Under the pieces are notes generated by a model. That model was given only the letters and a program-made list of their open reading frames with translations, ran no database searches and was not told the DNA's origin. A program made the translations under genes and the position numbers. Below are positions 29,620 through 41,378 of a DNA stretch of 64,000 bases, in pieces. This DNA is from Gammaproteobacteria bacterium (GTDB lineage Bacteria > Pseudomonadota > Gammaproteobacteria > Eutrophobiales > Eutrophobiaceae): the NCBI GenBank assembly GCA_963422205.2, contig CAXMWX010000011.1:32001-96000 (forward strand), written 5' to 3'. Positions within the stretch are counted from its first letter, which is position 1. Every line of letters begins with the position of its first letter.

Positions 29620-30626
29620 TGAAAACTATTGCATTTTTTAACAATAAAGGCGGCGTTGGGAAGACATCCCTTGTCTATCATCTTGCCTGGATGTTTGGTG
29701 AAATCGGCAAGCGCGTTATTGCTGCGGATTTTGATCCACAGGCCAATCTCAGCGGTATGTTCCTGAGTGATGCGACAATGGCTGAAATGTGGCAAACGGG
29801 GAAAAGGAAAACAGTTGATGCAGCCATAGCGCCCCTATTCGAGGGCACAGGAGATATTTCAAGCGAATCTTACATTGAGGAAGTTGATGAACGTATTGGT
29901 TTGCTGGTAGGAGACCTTGAGCTTTCCAAACGCGAGGATGATTTATCCGAGCAATGGCCGAAGTGTATGGATGGGGCCAAGCGCGCATTTCGCGTCACCA
30001 CCGCTTTCGCGCGACTGCTCGCCAGCGCAGGTAATCAATTCGAGGCAAACCTGGCACTGGTTGACGTTGGCCCGAATCTGGGCGCCATCAACCGGGTCGC
30101 GCTGATAGCCAGCGACTACGTGGTGATACCGCTTGCGCCCGATTTGTTCTCGTTGCAGGGTTTACGCAATGTGGGTCCTGTTTTGAAGAGTTGGGAAGAT
30201 AACTGGAAAGAACGCATCGGGAAAAAACCCGAAGAGTTGGATATCGAACTTCCCGGCGGCGGGATGGTGCCGCTCGGATATATCGTCATGCGCCACACAA
30301 CTATATCGAGCCGACCTGTTAGAGCATATTTAAAGTGGATCAAAAAAATACCGAATGACTACGAACAGTTTGTCAATGGTACGTCTGGAAAAAATAACGT
30401 ATCTATTGAGGATGATCCCAATCTTCTGGCACATCTAAAGGATTACCGCTCGCTTATGCCCATGGTGCAGGCGGCGAACAAACCCATGTTTATGCTGAAA
30501 CCCGCTGATGGGGTAATTGGCGCACAGCAACAAGCTGTCACAAATTGCTATCGGGACTTCAAAGTTCTTGCAGAGAAGATTATCAGCACGATAGAACAAA
30601 AAAGTAATGACTTTACCACTGCTTGA
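29619..30626 (+). CDS. Orphan ParA/Soj-like ATPase
   Basis: FNNKGGVGKT deviant Walker A, DFDPQANL, DVGPNLG, PLAPDLFS; no parB nearby. Confidence 0.88.
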   Translation: MKTIAFFNNKGGVGKTSLVYHLAWMFGEIGKRVIAADFDPQANLSGMFLSDATMAEMWQTGKRKTVDAAIAPLFEGTGDISSESYIEEVDERIGLLVGDLELSKREDDLSEQWPKCMDGAKRAFRVTTAFARLLASAGNQFEANLALVDVGPNLGAINRVALIASDYVVIPLAPDLFSLQGLRNVGPVLKSWEDNWKERIGKKPEELDIELPGGGMVPLGYIVMRHTTISSRPVRAYLKWIKKIPNDYEQFVNGTSGKNNVSIEDDPNLLAHLKDYRSLMPMVQAANKPMFMLKPADGVIGAQQQAVTNCYRDFKVLAEKIISTIEQKSNDFTTA

Positions 30627-33564
30627 ACAAATCGCCCAATCCCTCAACTACGGCGAGCTGCTGGAGGTCTGGCGTGTTCCTGATATAGAAAACTTTTCCG
30701 TTGAAAAAACGTTGTATGACTACCAGAGGGATGCGCTAGAAAAAGCCGCCCGTGCGCTTTATCTGTATTACGGTAAAGACAACAATGACTGGCAGGCTGA
30801 TGAGGCCGCCACCGTCAATGAGGATCGCAAGCGGCATTTTTATGGCCTGTATCACCATGCCGATTTTGCCGCCGTGAAAAAATACGAAACCCGGGCCGAC
30901 AAAAATAACGGCAGGCAAAACCCGGTGTTTCGTATTCTGGCCGAGTATATCCGCCCTTTCGGAGAGGAGATTCCCTATTACAATCTCGTCAACCGGATAT
31001 GCTTTTGGATGGCGACTGGCAGCGGCAAAACGCTGGTGATGGTCAAGTTGATTGCCTATTTACATGCCCTCATCAAACACGGCGAAATTCCGCCGCACAA
31101 CATCCTGATTCTTGCGCCGGGCGATCATTTGCTCGGACAGATCAGGCGCACGGTGGCGGAATTTAATCGAACCGGTCTGCATATTGACCTTGTGCCGCTG
31201 CGTGACAGTCACCGCCCCCGGCAGGGACGGCTGGGCGATGCGCTCACGGTTTACTACCATCGCAGCGACAACATTGCCGATGTGCAGAAAGAGGCGCTGA
31301 CCGATTACCGCACCTATGAAAACGAGGGTCGGTGGTATGTGTTGCTGGATGAGGCACACAAGGGCGGCAAGGAGGACTCCAAACGGCAGGCCTATTATGC
31401 CGTTATGGCGAGGGCGGGATTTCTTTTTAATTTTTCCGCCACCTTTACCGACAACGAAGATGTTGTGACGACCGTTAAGAAATACAATCTGGAGGAGTTC
31501 ATAAAAAACGGCCATGGCAAAAATATCTATGTGAACGAGGGCGAATACACGGCTTTTCAAAAAAATCATAAGGCAAACGACGGGGACATAAGCCGTGAGG
31601 AGCGGCGGGAAATTGTCCTGCAATCGCTGATCACGCTGGCCTTTATCTGCGGGCGTGTTGAAGAGATCAGAGCAAAGAGCGGCATTGCCGATTGTTATCA
31701 CACGCCGCTCATGCTCACCCTGGTGAACTCGGTCAACACCGTTGAAAATGACTTGCAGGCGTTTTTTCAGACCTTGCGAGAAATTGCCACCGGCGAAGTG
31801 GATGAAGAGCTTTTCCGGCAGGCGAGAAACAAACTGCACCGGGACTTAAAAAACGGACGATTCATGTTCGGAGAAAACAGCAATAAAAAAAACGGCAATA
31901 AAATAAGTGCAGACGATGCGGCAGCCGTGCAGAACATCACCCTGGCCGATTTACGCAAAGCCGTATTCATCAGTGACAGACAAGGTGCCATCCAGCTTGT
32001 CCGCAGCACAGACAAACGCGAGCTGGCCTTGCAGATCAAAAACGCCGATGCCCCCTTTGCCCTGATACGCATAGGCGATACGTCAAGGTGGCGCAACGAC
32101 ATTCTCGCCGGTTATGAAGAAACCACGGCGCTACAGGAGACCGCATTTTTTGATGCCCTGGAAAAAAGCCCCATCAAAATCCTGATGGGTTCGCGCTCAT
32201 TCTTTGAAAGCTGGGATTCCAACCGCCCGAATGTCATTAACTTCATCAACATCGGCGGCCTGGATGCGAAAAAATTTGTCGTGCAGTCCGTCGGGCGCGG
32301 TGTTCGCATTGCACCCCTGCCGGGCAAACGCCGCCGCCTTGCCCGCCTGTCTTCCCCTGAGCAATTACACGCTTGTCTTGACATGACACAGCCGCCGGAA
32401 ACGCTGTTTCTTTTCGCCACCAACCAGAAGGCCATCAAGACCGTACTGGAAGGATTGGAGGCAGAGAAAAGCGCGCGTTTTGAACCACTGGCAGGTTTTG
32501 AAATAGCGGCCAGACCCAAAAACAACGGCGAGGACATGCCGCTGTTGATACCGCAATACCGGGACGGCACGGCACAACACGGCAGGGCCCCGTTTGCGAT
32601 GAGTAAGGCAACGCGGCAACGGCTCGCGGGTTGGCTTGATAACACCTCGGATGCGGTCTTTGCCGTGCGTGACGGGCTGGCGGCAGCACAGATTGACGAG
32701 TTGCGGACGGCGGCCTCGGGCACTGGCGCGATAGCCATCACACCGGAGAAAAACTACGCCATGCTCGCCTTTCTGCAACAGCGGTTGCTGTCCCACTTCT
32801 CCCAAACGGCACAGCAGAGCGATGGCGTCCGTCAGCTTGATGAGCAAGAAGACATTGTTCATTTCCGCCATGTTCGTTCGCATTCAGACTATGTGCATGA
32901 ACTTGAGGAGAAGATTCAGCAGGTGAAAGCAGGACGGGCATCCGATGAGGAGATAGCAGCACTTGCCGACAAATTGACGCAGGGCGAGATCACGCGGGAA
33001 GCATTTGATACGAAGTCCAGCGGAAAAGAACAGGAGACGTTCAAGGATTTGACCATCAAAAAAATCCTCAATCACTATTATCTGCCCGTTGTGCTTGGGC
33101 GTGAGACGGCCAGTTACATACAGCACATCATCAAGATCAACAGCGAAGTTGAGTTTCTTAATCGGCTGGCGAGCTGGCTGGGCGAGCATAAACCGGACTG
33201 GGACTCATGGATGTTCAGCAAGCTGGATGAAGCCCGGGATGAGGTTTATATCCCTTATTATGACAGCGATAAAAACGACTACCGCCGGTTTCTGCCGGAT
33301 TTTGTGTTCTGGATGGTCAAGGGGCGGCACTACCGCATCGTGTTCGTTGATCCCAAAGGGGGCGCTTATACGAGTGCCTATCACAAAATTGACGGCTACA
33401 AGAGACTGTTTGTTGAGAACGGCAACGTTCGCCACTTCACGCACGGCAGGCATCGCATCTCCGTGCATTTGTTTTACTACAACGCCAGTTCAGATCCATC
33501 AGAAGCTTACAAGCCGTTCTGGATCACCGACCCTGCCGCCATATTTACCGACCCGGCGCACTAA
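30607..33564 (+). CDS. res: Type III R-M-like restriction subunit (SF2 helicase + PD-(D/E)xK nuclease)
   Basis: LYDYQ, MATGSGKT, LLDEAHK, FNFSATF, ESWD, QSVGRGVR; C-terminal FLPDF...VFVDPKG. Confidence 0.88.
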   Translation: MTLPLLEQIAQSLNYGELLEVWRVPDIENFSVEKTLYDYQRDALEKAARALYLYYGKDNNDWQADEAATVNEDRKRHFYGLYHHADFAAVKKYETRADKNNGRQNPVFRILAEYIRPFGEEIPYYNLVNRICFWMATGSGKTLVMVKLIAYLHALIKHGEIPPHNILILAPGDHLLGQIRRTVAEFNRTGLHIDLVPLRDSHRPRQGRLGDALTVYYHRSDNIADVQKEALTDYRTYENEGRWYVLLDEAHKGGKEDSKRQAYYAVMARAGFLFNFSATFTDNEDVVTTVKKYNLEEFIKNGHGKNIYVNEGEYTAFQKNHKANDGDISREERREIVLQSLITLAFICGRVEEIRAKSGIADCYHTPLMLTLVNSVNTVENDLQAFFQTLREIATGEVDEELFRQARNKLHRDLKNGRFMFGENSNKKNGNKISADDAAAVQNITLADLRKAVFISDRQGAIQLVRSTDKRELALQIKNADAPFALIRIGDTSRWRNDILAGYEETTALQETAFFDALEKSPIKILMGSRSFFESWDSNRPNVINFINIGGLDAKKFVVQSVGRGVRIAPLPGKRRRLARLSSPEQLHACLDMTQPPETLFLFATNQKAIKTVLEGLEAEKSARFEPLAGFEIAARPKNNGEDMPLLIPQYRDGTAQHGRAPFAMSKATRQRLAGWLDNTSDAVFAVRDGLAAAQIDELRTAASGTGAIAITPEKNYAMLAFLQQRLLSHFSQTAQQSDGVRQLDEQEDIVHFRHVRSHSDYVHELEEKIQQVKAGRASDEEIAALADKLTQGEITREAFDTKSSGKEQETFKDLTIKKILNHYYLPVVLGRETASYIQHIIKINSEVEFLNRLASWLGEHKPDWDSWMFSKLDEARDEVYIPYYDSDKNDYRRFLPDFVFWMVKGRHYRIVFVDPKGGAYTSAYHKIDGYKRLFVENGNVRHFTHGRHRISVHLFYYNASSDPSEAYKPFWITDPAAIFTDPAH

Positions 33565-33574
33565 CCTGACATGC

Positions 33575-33601
33575 ACAACCCCGACGGAACAACCCCGACG
33601 G
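33575..33601. repeat. 13-bp direct repeat ACAACCCCGACGG x2 just after the res stop
   Basis: Copies at 33575-33587 and 33589-33601. Confidence 0.6.
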
Positions 33602-33759
33602 CATAATCCAGGGAAAGATCGAAACATTACGCTTTGCATCATGTTGGTACACACTGGTGCTATCCCGGCTTGGCATTGAAGACTGTCAGCAATAAAAGCC
33701 GATAGCCCCAAGCGGCCACCTCAACATACGCCCCCAGGCCATCATGACAACAGGCCGTA

Positions 33760-35115
33760 TTATTTTTTCGCAATAAAGATCAATTGATCAAATAAAGACC
33801 AGGAGATATCCCAGCCAGGATCATGTTCACCGGCGATAAACTCTGCGGCAGTCCACAGGCCCACCACCATGGCCAGCTGTTCATTGATATAGATAAACGG
33901 CACCCACCGCCGCTGCCAGGGCGGCAGGCCGACGGCTTGAAATAATTTCTTCAGCCGGCTGTGATGCGCCCTTTGAGGAAGACGAATCCTCTCACCGCCC
34001 TGATAAAAGCCGACACGCACAGAGCCATCTCCACACAGCCCCTGCTTGAGTCCCCTGCCCCTCATCCTGTTCGCCCTTAACTCCCCGCCTGCTATCATCA
34101 GCTTGTCAGGCAATGACCAATTGATGAGCGCATGGCAGGTGGTCGTGAATGTCTTGTCGGTTGCATACAGGCAGTTCCTGTATCGATACACCTTAGCGCC
34201 CGGCCAGGAAACCACACCCGCCTTATCGGGGCTGGCCTTGATCAATGAGCGGCGCAACTCGCCCAGATGCCTGGCCGCTGGCAACGGCAAATCACGCCTC
34301 CGCAGCCAGTACCTCAGCAGGTTGTTTTGTCTGGCAACGGGCAGGCCAGCGATGATCTCGCAATTTAGCAGCCGTTGTTTTTTATCGCTGCTCGCTTGAT
34401 CAAGATCGCCGCCAGCCAGCGCATCCACAAGCTGCTGTGTATCGGCCGCTATGCCGATATAACGTGACAGCGGCGCGGCGACATGCGGCCAGCGGCGTTT
34501 TATCACCGGCATCAACGCATGGCGGATGTGATTTCTGTCATAACGGCGATCAGCATTGCTCGTATCTTCTACCCATTGCAACTGATGTTGCCCGGCATAA
34601 TCCACCAGCTGCTGGCGCTGAAACGGCAACAGGGGTCGCCCATGCCAGCCCCGGGCGAATCGCTTGATTGCCGGCATGGCGGCCAGCCCCAGAACGCCGG
34701 CCCCACGGAATAATTGCAGAAAGAATGTCTCCAGTTGATCGTCCAGATGATGGGCTGTCAGTAACAAATCGCCGGTCTGTAACACCCTGGCCATCTCGGC
34801 ATAACGCTGCGTACGCGCACGTTCTTCCGGGCTGCCATCGCCATCATTGGCGGCGATGTCAACACCATGCAAGGCGATACCATAGCGGTGCGTCAGCCGC
34901 TGGCAGTGTTCAGCCCAGGCATCGCTATCGACATGCAGATGGTGATTGACATGGATGGCCGCCAGCCGGTAGTCCATCTCATCTCGTAGCGAGCAGACAA
35001 GATGCAACAAGACATGGGAATCCAGCCCGCCACTGAAGGCAACATACAGGGTGGCGCCCGGGGAAAGGGACGCCTGCCAGGCCTGCAAACTGGCTAATAC
35101 ACGGGAGCGCAACAA
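33760..35115 (-). CDS. tilS: tRNA(Ile)-lysidine synthetase
   Basis: AFSGGLDS PP-loop, HVNH, TAHHLDDQLET, RPLL, EDTSN, RNHIR. Confidence 0.96.
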   Translation of the reverse strand: MLRSRVLASLQAWQASLSPGATLYVAFSGGLDSHVLLHLVCSLRDEMDYRLAAIHVNHHLHVDSDAWAEHCQRLTHRYGIALHGVDIAANDGDGSPEERARTQRYAEMARVLQTGDLLLTAHHLDDQLETFFLQLFRGAGVLGLAAMPAIKRFARGWHGRPLLPFQRQQLVDYAGQHQLQWVEDTSNADRRYDRNHIRHALMPVIKRRWPHVAAPLSRYIGIAADTQQLVDALAGGDLDQASSDKKQRLLNCEIIAGLPVARQNNLLRYWLRRRDLPLPAARHLGELRRSLIKASPDKAGVVSWPGAKVYRYRNCLYATDKTFTTTCHALINWSLPDKLMIAGGELRANRMRGRGLKQGLCGDGSVRVGFYQGGERIRLPQRAHHSRLKKLFQAVGLPPWQRRWVPFIYINEQLAMVVGLWTAAEFIAGEHDPGWDISWSLFDQLIFIAKK

Positions 35116-35140
35116 GGGCTATTGACGATTTAACGGGGGG

Positions 35141-36112
35141 CTATTGGTAAAACCCGTAAGAGCGAATGCGTGTTTGTCTGTCGCTGAGTAATTGCTCGGT
35201 GGGGACGGCGGTCAACGCCTCCAGTTGGGCGGACAAGATGGCCTTTATTCCCTCTGCCATGTTGTCATGATCACGGTGTGCACCGCCTAAGGGTTCATCA
35301 ATGATCGCATCAATCACATCCAGCTGGTGCAATCGCTGGGCAGTGATCCCCAGCGCTTCGGCCGCTTCTTCGGCCTTATCGGCACTCTTCCACAAGATAG
35401 AAGCACAGCCCTCGGGGGAGATGACCGAATACGTACTGTATTGCAACATATTCAGCTTATCGCATACGCCGATTGCCAAGGCCCCCCCTGAGCCGCCCTC
35501 GCCGATGACCGTTGTGATGATCGGCGTTTTCAAACGTGACATGACCAGCAAATTCCGGGCGATGGCCTCACTCTGACCACGCTCTTCAGCACCGATCCCG
35601 GGATAAGCGCCCGGTGTATCAATGAAGGTCAACACAGGCAGAGCAAACTTCTCGGCCAGCTGCATGACTCTCAGCGCCTTGCGGTAGCCTTCCGGTTTGG
35701 GCATCCCATAGTTTCTGAATATCCGTTCTTTTATGTCTCTTCCCTTCTGGTGTCCAATCACGGCGACCGGGCAGTTTTCAAACCTGGCCAGACCGGTGAC
35801 GATCGCCGGATCATCGGCAAAATTCCGGTCGCCATGCAGCTCCTTAAACTCTGTAAACAAACGCTGGATATAGTCCAGTGTGTAGGGACGCTGCGGATGT
35901 CTGGCAATCTGTGCAACCTGCCAGGCCGTCAGTGAAGAGAAAATGGATTGTGTTAATTCTGTGCTTCTTTTTTGCAATTTCGATATGGCTTCATGGATAT
36001 CAATATCGCTGTCATCATCAAGATAGCGTAGCTCCTCAATCCTGGCTTCCAGTTCAGCAATGGGTTGCTCAAAATCGAGAAAATTCAGGTTGTGATTTTG
36101 TGGTTGCTCCAT
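35141..36112 (-). CDS. accA: Acetyl-CoA carboxylase carboxyltransferase alpha subunit
   Basis: [38 protein letters not shown]. Confidence 0.98.
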   Translation of the reverse strand: MEQPQNHNLNFLDFEQPIAELEARIEELRYLDDDSDIDIHEAISKLQKRSTELTQSIFSSLTAWQVAQIARHPQRPYTLDYIQRLFTEFKELHGDRNFADDPAIVTGLARFENCPVAVIGHQKGRDIKERIFRNYGMPKPEGYRKALRVMQLAEKFALPVLTFIDTPGAYPGIGAEERGQSEAIARNLLVMSRLKTPIITTVIGEGGSGGALAIGVCDKLNMLQYSTYSVISPEGCASILWKSADKAEEAAEALGITAQRLHQLDVIDAIIDEPLGGAHRDHDNMAEGIKAILSAQLEALTAVPTEQLLSDRQTRIRSYGFYQ

Positions 36113-36120
36113 CGTATTCT

Positions 36121-39100
36121 CTACAGTGTTATCTTCGCCGGAAACTTCGGCACGACATTGCGCCTGCCAACGATGTGTTGCAACGCTGTGACCAACGCAT
36201 CGCTGATGCTTACCTTCCAGGCATCGCCCATACCGATACAGGTGGCGGCAATACCGTTATTATAGTGCATAAACACCGGGTTGGCGCCAGGCTGATGTTG
36301 TGCCAGCAGATGTTTAATCGAATCCACGAGATCATTCGTCAGTATTTTATTATCGAGATGAATATGCAGGCGACTGAATTGCGATCTTATCTGGCTGAGT
36401 GTGTACAGACCTCTCGCATTGACAGACACGCCGGAGTCAAAATAATCATCAGCAATCGCATCTCCTTTAATAATAATCAGCTGATCCTTGACAAGCAAGG
36501 GACGGTATTCTTTAAATACTTCCGGGTAGATAGTCACGTTCATGCGCGCTGTCATGTCATCCAAGCGTAACTCGGCCATTTTACCACGCATACCATTGCG
36601 GATTTTGATATTTTCGATATAGCCGGCAATCACCGGACAGGTTTCAGGTTGCACCGCATTCAGCCGGATAGAGATCACATGATCCAGCTCAGCTTCATAA
36701 CGGCTGATGGGATGACCCTCCAGATAAAACCCCAGGGTTTCTTTCTCCCCCTGCAATCTTGCCAGCTCATCCGCCTCACCTGCCTGCACGTATGGCAGAT
36801 CATCTGCTGAGGTTCTCTCCTGTGCTGCCTCATTCGAGGCACTCGGCGCCAGACCGAACAGATCATCCTGACCGGTATCTGCATTGCTGGCCTGTTGATC
36901 GGCAAACTGCATGGCTCTGTCCAGGCTTGCCAGCAAAATGTGGCGAGGCTGCTTGAGATCGTCAGCCGCACCGGCTTTGATTAATGATTCAAGCACACGT
37001 TTGTTGGTTTTTTTCGCATCAATTCGCCGACAAAATTCAAATAAATCGGTGAACAAACCGGCGGCCTCCCGCTCCTCCAGCACATTATTTATCGCCGCCT
37101 CACCCACACCTTTGATTGCCCCCAAACCGAATAATATTGTTTTGCTGTCGAGCACCTGAAACTTGAACTGTGAACGATTGATGGACGGCGGTAACAAGCA
37201 TAAACCCATACGCTGTAGCCCATAGCGCAAGCTGACTATCTTGTCGGTGTTATCCATATCAGAGGAGAGTACCGCAGCCATAAATGCAGCCGGATAATGG
37301 GTCTTCAGCCAGGCCGTTTGGTAGGCGAGCAAGGCATAAGCAACAGAATGTGATTTGTTAAACCCGTAACCGGCAAACTTCTCCATCAGATCGAAGATAT
37401 AAGTTGCCACTTTTTCGCTGACATGATTTGCCACCGCACCGGCAACAAAGATCGTCCGCTGCTTCGCCATCTCTTCCGGCTTCTTTTTACCTATCGCCCG
37501 CCGTAGCAGATCAGCCGCCCCCAGTGTGTAACCCGCCAGCACCTGGGCTATCTGCATCACCTGTTCCTGATACAGAATGACGCCGTAAGTTGATTTCAAA
37601 ACAGGCGCCAGGGCAGGATGGGGATAAGCCACTTTTGCCCGCCCGTGTTTTCGTTCAACAAAATCATCCACCATGCCTGACTGCAAAGGCCCGGGGCGAA
37701 ATAAGGCCACCAGGGCGATCAGATCATCAAACGCATCTGGCTTCAGGCGCCTTAACAGCTTCTTTATCCCTTCCGATTCCAGCTGAAATACCGCCGTGGT
37801 ATCCATACGCTGCACCAGTTCATAGGTGGCGGCATCGTCTAACGGGATCTGCCGAATATCCAGTTGCTCGGCAGAGTCTGCCAACAACAGCCGATTGACA
37901 TCACGCACTGCCCAATCGATGATGGTTAAGGTACGCAGGCCAAGAAAATCAAATTTTACCAGGCCGACAGATTCAACATCGCCCATGTCAAATTGGGTTG
38001 AGGTCACTCTTGACCCTTGCTCAGCATACAGCGGCATGTATCTGGTCAGTGCATGAGGGGCGATCACAAGACCGCCGGCATGTTTGCCGGCATTACGGGA
38101 TATGCCTTCAATTTTTTTTGCCAGATCGATCAGCATCCTGACCTCTTCCTCATCCTGATAGCGCTGTTTGAGCAGCTCCTCTTCAGACAGCGCCTTATCC
38201 AGCGTCATATTCAAATCAAACGGAATAAGCCGGGCGATCTGATCGACAAACCCATACGGATGTCCCAGCACACGGCCAATATCCCGGACGACCGCTTTTG
38301 CCTTCATGCGATCAAAGGTGATGATCTGGGAGACATGATCATGGCCGTATTTTCGTGCGACATAGTCGATGACCTCATCCCGCCTCTCCATGCAGAAGTC
38401 GATATCAAAGTCCGGCAGCGAGACTCGTTCGGGATTTAAAAACCGTTCAAATAGCAACTCATAAGCCAGCGGATCAGGATCGGTGATCCCAAGGGCATAG
38501 GCGACCAGAGAACCAGCCCCTGAGCCTCTGCCGGGACCAACCGGTATATCCTGCTGCTTCGCCCAATTAATAAAATCAGCCACGATGAGAAAATAGCCGG
38601 AGAAACCCATTGCGGTAATGACATCCAGCTCATGTTGCAATCGCTCTTCGTAGGACTCACGACTGATCTGTGGTTGCTTGTGCATATCAGCCTCTACAAG
38701 CACCTGCAAACCGGCCTTGGCCTCGGCAACAAGCCAGCTATTCTGATCATGGGAGTCCGGCACCGGAAAATCAGGCAGATAATACTCACCCAGAGTCAAT
38801 TCAAGACTGCAACGCTGGGCGATAAGATAGCTGTTCTGTATCGCCTCCGGTATATCCTGAAACAGCGCAGTCATCTGTTCAGCCGATTTAAAATACTGTT
38901 CGGGGCTGTAATGATGTGGCCGCCTCGGATCATTGAGTGTATATCCCTGGTGAATACACACCCTGGCCTCATGGGCCTGGAAATCCTCTGCATGGAGAAA
39001 ACGTACATCGTTACTGGCGATAACAGGCAGTTGAAATTCAGCGGCAAAGCGCACGGCCTGTTCGGTATGGATATCTTCGTGCTGACGCCCTGTGCGCTGC

Positions 39101-39606
39101 AACTCAAGGTAGAGCCGGTCAGGGAAAAGGTTGGTCAGTTTATCCATCCATGATCTTGCTGTATCAATATTATGATCGATCAATGCCTTGCCGATAGGGC
39201 CAGTGCGGGCGATGGATAATGCAATCAAGCCATCGGTTCGCCCGTCAAGCCAGGCCATATCGATAACAGGCTCATCCTGCACCTGCCCTTCCAGATAGCT
39301 TTTGGTAATCAGCGCAGACAGATTTTTATACCCGGCCTCATCCTGACACAAAAGAATCAGAGCAGTCGTTTCCTTGTCCTGCAAGCTGCTGACCAGATTG
39401 ATCTCCGCCCCGATAACCGGCTTGATGCCAGCCGCAACACAGCATTGATAGAACTTGACCATGGCGAATAGATTGCTTTTATCGGTCATGGCCAGTGCCG
39501 GCATGTTCAATTCAGCCGCCCGACTGACCAGCTCATCAATACGCACTATCCCATCCACCAACGCGTATTCAGTGTGCAGGTGCAGATGAATAAAGCGCTG
39601 GGTCAT
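36121..39606 (-). CDS. dnaE: DNA polymerase III alpha subunit
   Basis: PHP domain [39 protein letters not shown]; no intein seen. Confidence 0.98.
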   Translation of the reverse strand: MTQRFIHLHLHTEYALVDGIVRIDELVSRAAELNMPALAMTDKSNLFAMVKFYQCCVAAGIKPVIGAEINLVSSLQDKETTALILLCQDEAGYKNLSALITKSYLEGQVQDEPVIDMAWLDGRTDGLIALSIARTGPIGKALIDHNIDTARSWMDKLTNLFPDRLYLELQRTGRQHEDIHTEQAVRFAAEFQLPVIASNDVRFLHAEDFQAHEARVCIHQGYTLNDPRRPHHYSPEQYFKSAEQMTALFQDIPEAIQNSYLIAQRCSLELTLGEYYLPDFPVPDSHDQNSWLVAEAKAGLQVLVEADMHKQPQISRESYEERLQHELDVITAMGFSGYFLIVADFINWAKQQDIPVGPGRGSGAGSLVAYALGITDPDPLAYELLFERFLNPERVSLPDFDIDFCMERRDEVIDYVARKYGHDHVSQIITFDRMKAKAVVRDIGRVLGHPYGFVDQIARLIPFDLNMTLDKALSEEELLKQRYQDEEEVRMLIDLAKKIEGISRNAGKHAGGLVIAPHALTRYMPLYAEQGSRVTSTQFDMGDVESVGLVKFDFLGLRTLTIIDWAVRDVNRLLLADSAEQLDIRQIPLDDAATYELVQRMDTTAVFQLESEGIKKLLRRLKPDAFDDLIALVALFRPGPLQSGMVDDFVERKHGRAKVAYPHPALAPVLKSTYGVILYQEQVMQIAQVLAGYTLGAADLLRRAIGKKKPEEMAKQRTIFVAGAVANHVSEKVATYIFDLMEKFAGYGFNKSHSVAYALLAYQTAWLKTHYPAAFMAAVLSSDMDNTDKIVSLRYGLQRMGLCLLPPSINRSQFKFQVLDSKTILFGLGAIKGVGEAAINNVLEEREAAGLFTDLFEFCRRIDAKKTNKRVLESLIKAGAADDLKQPRHILLASLDRAMQFADQQASNADTGQDDLFGLAPSASNEAAQERTSADDLPYVQAGEADELARLQGEKETLGFYLEGHPISRYEAELDHVISIRLNAVQPETCPVIAGYIENIKIRNGMRGKMAELRLDDMTARMNVTIYPEVFKEYRPLLVKDQLIIIKGDAIADDYFDSGVSVNARGLYTLSQIRSQFSRLHIHLDNKILTNDLVDSIKHLLAQHQPGANPVFMHYNNGIAATCIGMGDAWKVSISDALVTALQHIVGRRNVVPKFPAKITL

Positions 39607-39609
39607 GGC

Positions 39610-40197
39610 TTAACGCAGGTACTGCTTGACCGGTGCAAAGCTCTGCCGGTGTATTGGTGAGATGCCCATCTCTCGCAAAGCCGACAGGTGTTGTCGGGTC
39701 GGATACCCCTTATGCCTGGCAAAGCCATAGCCGGGAAATTGCTCATCCAGCATGACCATCTCCTCATCACGAGTAACCTTCGCGATGATGGAGGCGGCGC
39801 TGATGCAGGGTATTGTCTGATCGCCCTTGATAATTGTCTCAACCGGGATGGGCAGGTCCGGTGCCTGATTGCCATCAACCAGCACCTGCCTGGGTTGCAC
39901 GATGAGCCCGGCAACGGCTCTTTGCATCGCCAGCAAGGTGGCATTAAGGATGTTATACTCATCTATCTCATGAGGCTCTGCCCGGCCAATGGCATAGCTC
40001 AACGCATGATCAAAAACAGCCTCTGCCATTATCCGACGCCTTGCCGGTGACAGTGTTTTAGAATCCGCCAGCCCGGCCACTGCAAAGCTTTTCCCCAAGA
40101 TCACGGCGGCCGCTATGACAGGCCCGGCGAGCGGCCCGCGGCCGGCCTCATCAACGCCTGCACTTTGCTCCATGCCGTGATGCTGTTCGGTTTTCAT
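39610..40197 (-). CDS. rnhB: Ribonuclease HII
   Basis: [35 protein letters not shown]. Confidence 0.97.
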   Translation of the reverse strand: MKTEQHHGMEQSAGVDEAGRGPLAGPVIAAAVILGKSFAVAGLADSKTLSPARRRIMAEAVFDHALSYAIGRAEPHEIDEYNILNATLLAMQRAVAGLIVQPRQVLVDGNQAPDLPIPVETIIKGDQTIPCISAASIIAKVTRDEEMVMLDEQFPGYGFARHKGYPTRQHLSALREMGISPIHRQSFAPVKQYLR

Positions 40198-41345
40198 AGC
40201 GCAGGGGATTGATCCAGCAGGTTCAGCACCGAGGCGGCAGCCAGGTCATGGCTTGTCGTCAACAGCGAACGATGCAGCACGGTAAACTCCTGTCTCATGT
40301 TATCGCCCGGGCCGCTTCGTGACAGTAAGGGATGGATCGCATCAGCCAGCTTGTCCGCCTTGCAGTCGGCCTGAATATATTCCTCAACCAACCGCCTGCT
40401 GGCAAGAATATTGGGCAAGGCGATATATGGTATGTGGCTCATGGCCTTGATGATATGGTAACTCAGCGGATTGATTCTGTAAGCGACAACCATCGGACAT
40501 TTGTATAACATGGCCTCCAGCGTGACGGTGCCGGATGCCAGTAAGGCCACATCCGCCGCCTGCAAGACAGCCGACATCTTCTGCTCATACAGATGCACAG
40601 TCAGCGTGTTATCCGCTGCCTCATCTATCTGCTGTGAGAACCTGGCACGGCTTCTTTTATCCAGCAGGCTGCTGATGAACTGGATAGTGCCATGACGCCT
40701 TTGTAATAACATGGCCGCCTCAATAAAGGGGACACTCAATGTGGCTATTTCACTGTCTCTGCTGCCCGGCAACAGTGCCACGGTGGGCAGGCTGTGATCC
40801 AGGCCCAGCGCATCCCGGGCGGCCTGCCGGTCAGGCTGAAGTGCTATCCGGTTCGCCAGCGGATGACCGACATAGGCTGAGGGGATCCCCGCCTGCTGAT
40901 AATAGTCCTGTTCAAACGGAAATAAGGTCAGCATGAAATCCACCGCTTTTTTGATCTTGTGTATTCTGTTTTTTCGCCATGCCCATACTGACGGGCTGAC
41001 ATAGTGCACGGTCTTGATACCGTGCCGGCGTAACGCCTGCTCCAGACCGATATTAAAATCAGGCGCATCAATGCCGATGAAGATGGCCGGCGGGTCATGC
41101 AGAAAATAATTCAGGAGGCGGTTTCTTAATTTCAGCATGCCAATGTATTTGCCCGCCACCTCGATCAGGCCGATAACAGCAAGGCGCTCCATCGGTGCCA
41201 GGATCTTACACCCCACCGCCTGCAACTGCTCGCCACCAATACCGGCCACAACCATATCAGGATGCCGTTCTCGTAACTGCCGGATTAAGTCTGCCCCCAG
41301 CAAGTCGCCCGATGCCTCACCCGCCACAATACCAACACGCAGCAT
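40194..41345 (-). CDS. lpxB: Lipid-A-disaccharide synthase
   Basis: [35 protein letters not shown]. Confidence 0.97.
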   Translation of the reverse strand: MLRVGIVAGEASGDLLGADLIRQLRERHPDMVVAGIGGEQLQAVGCKILAPMERLAVIGLIEVAGKYIGMLKLRNRLLNYFLHDPPAIFIGIDAPDFNIGLEQALRRHGIKTVHYVSPSVWAWRKNRIHKIKKAVDFMLTLFPFEQDYYQQAGIPSAYVGHPLANRIALQPDRQAARDALGLDHSLPTVALLPGSRDSEIATLSVPFIEAAMLLQRRHGTIQFISSLLDKRSRARFSQQIDEAADNTLTVHLYEQKMSAVLQAADVALLASGTVTLEAMLYKCPMVVAYRINPLSYHIIKAMSHIPYIALPNILASRRLVEEYIQADCKADKLADAIHPLLSRSGPGDNMRQEFTVLHRSLLTTSHDLAAASVLNLLDQSPAL

Positions 41346-41378
41346 ATAACCGTCACGTCGTCCTATGGCTAACCGGGG

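Noticed and set aside
29619-30626. Plasmid or prophage partition system
   Set aside because: There are no parB, rep, integrase or phage genes, and the gene is locked inside the R-M operon.
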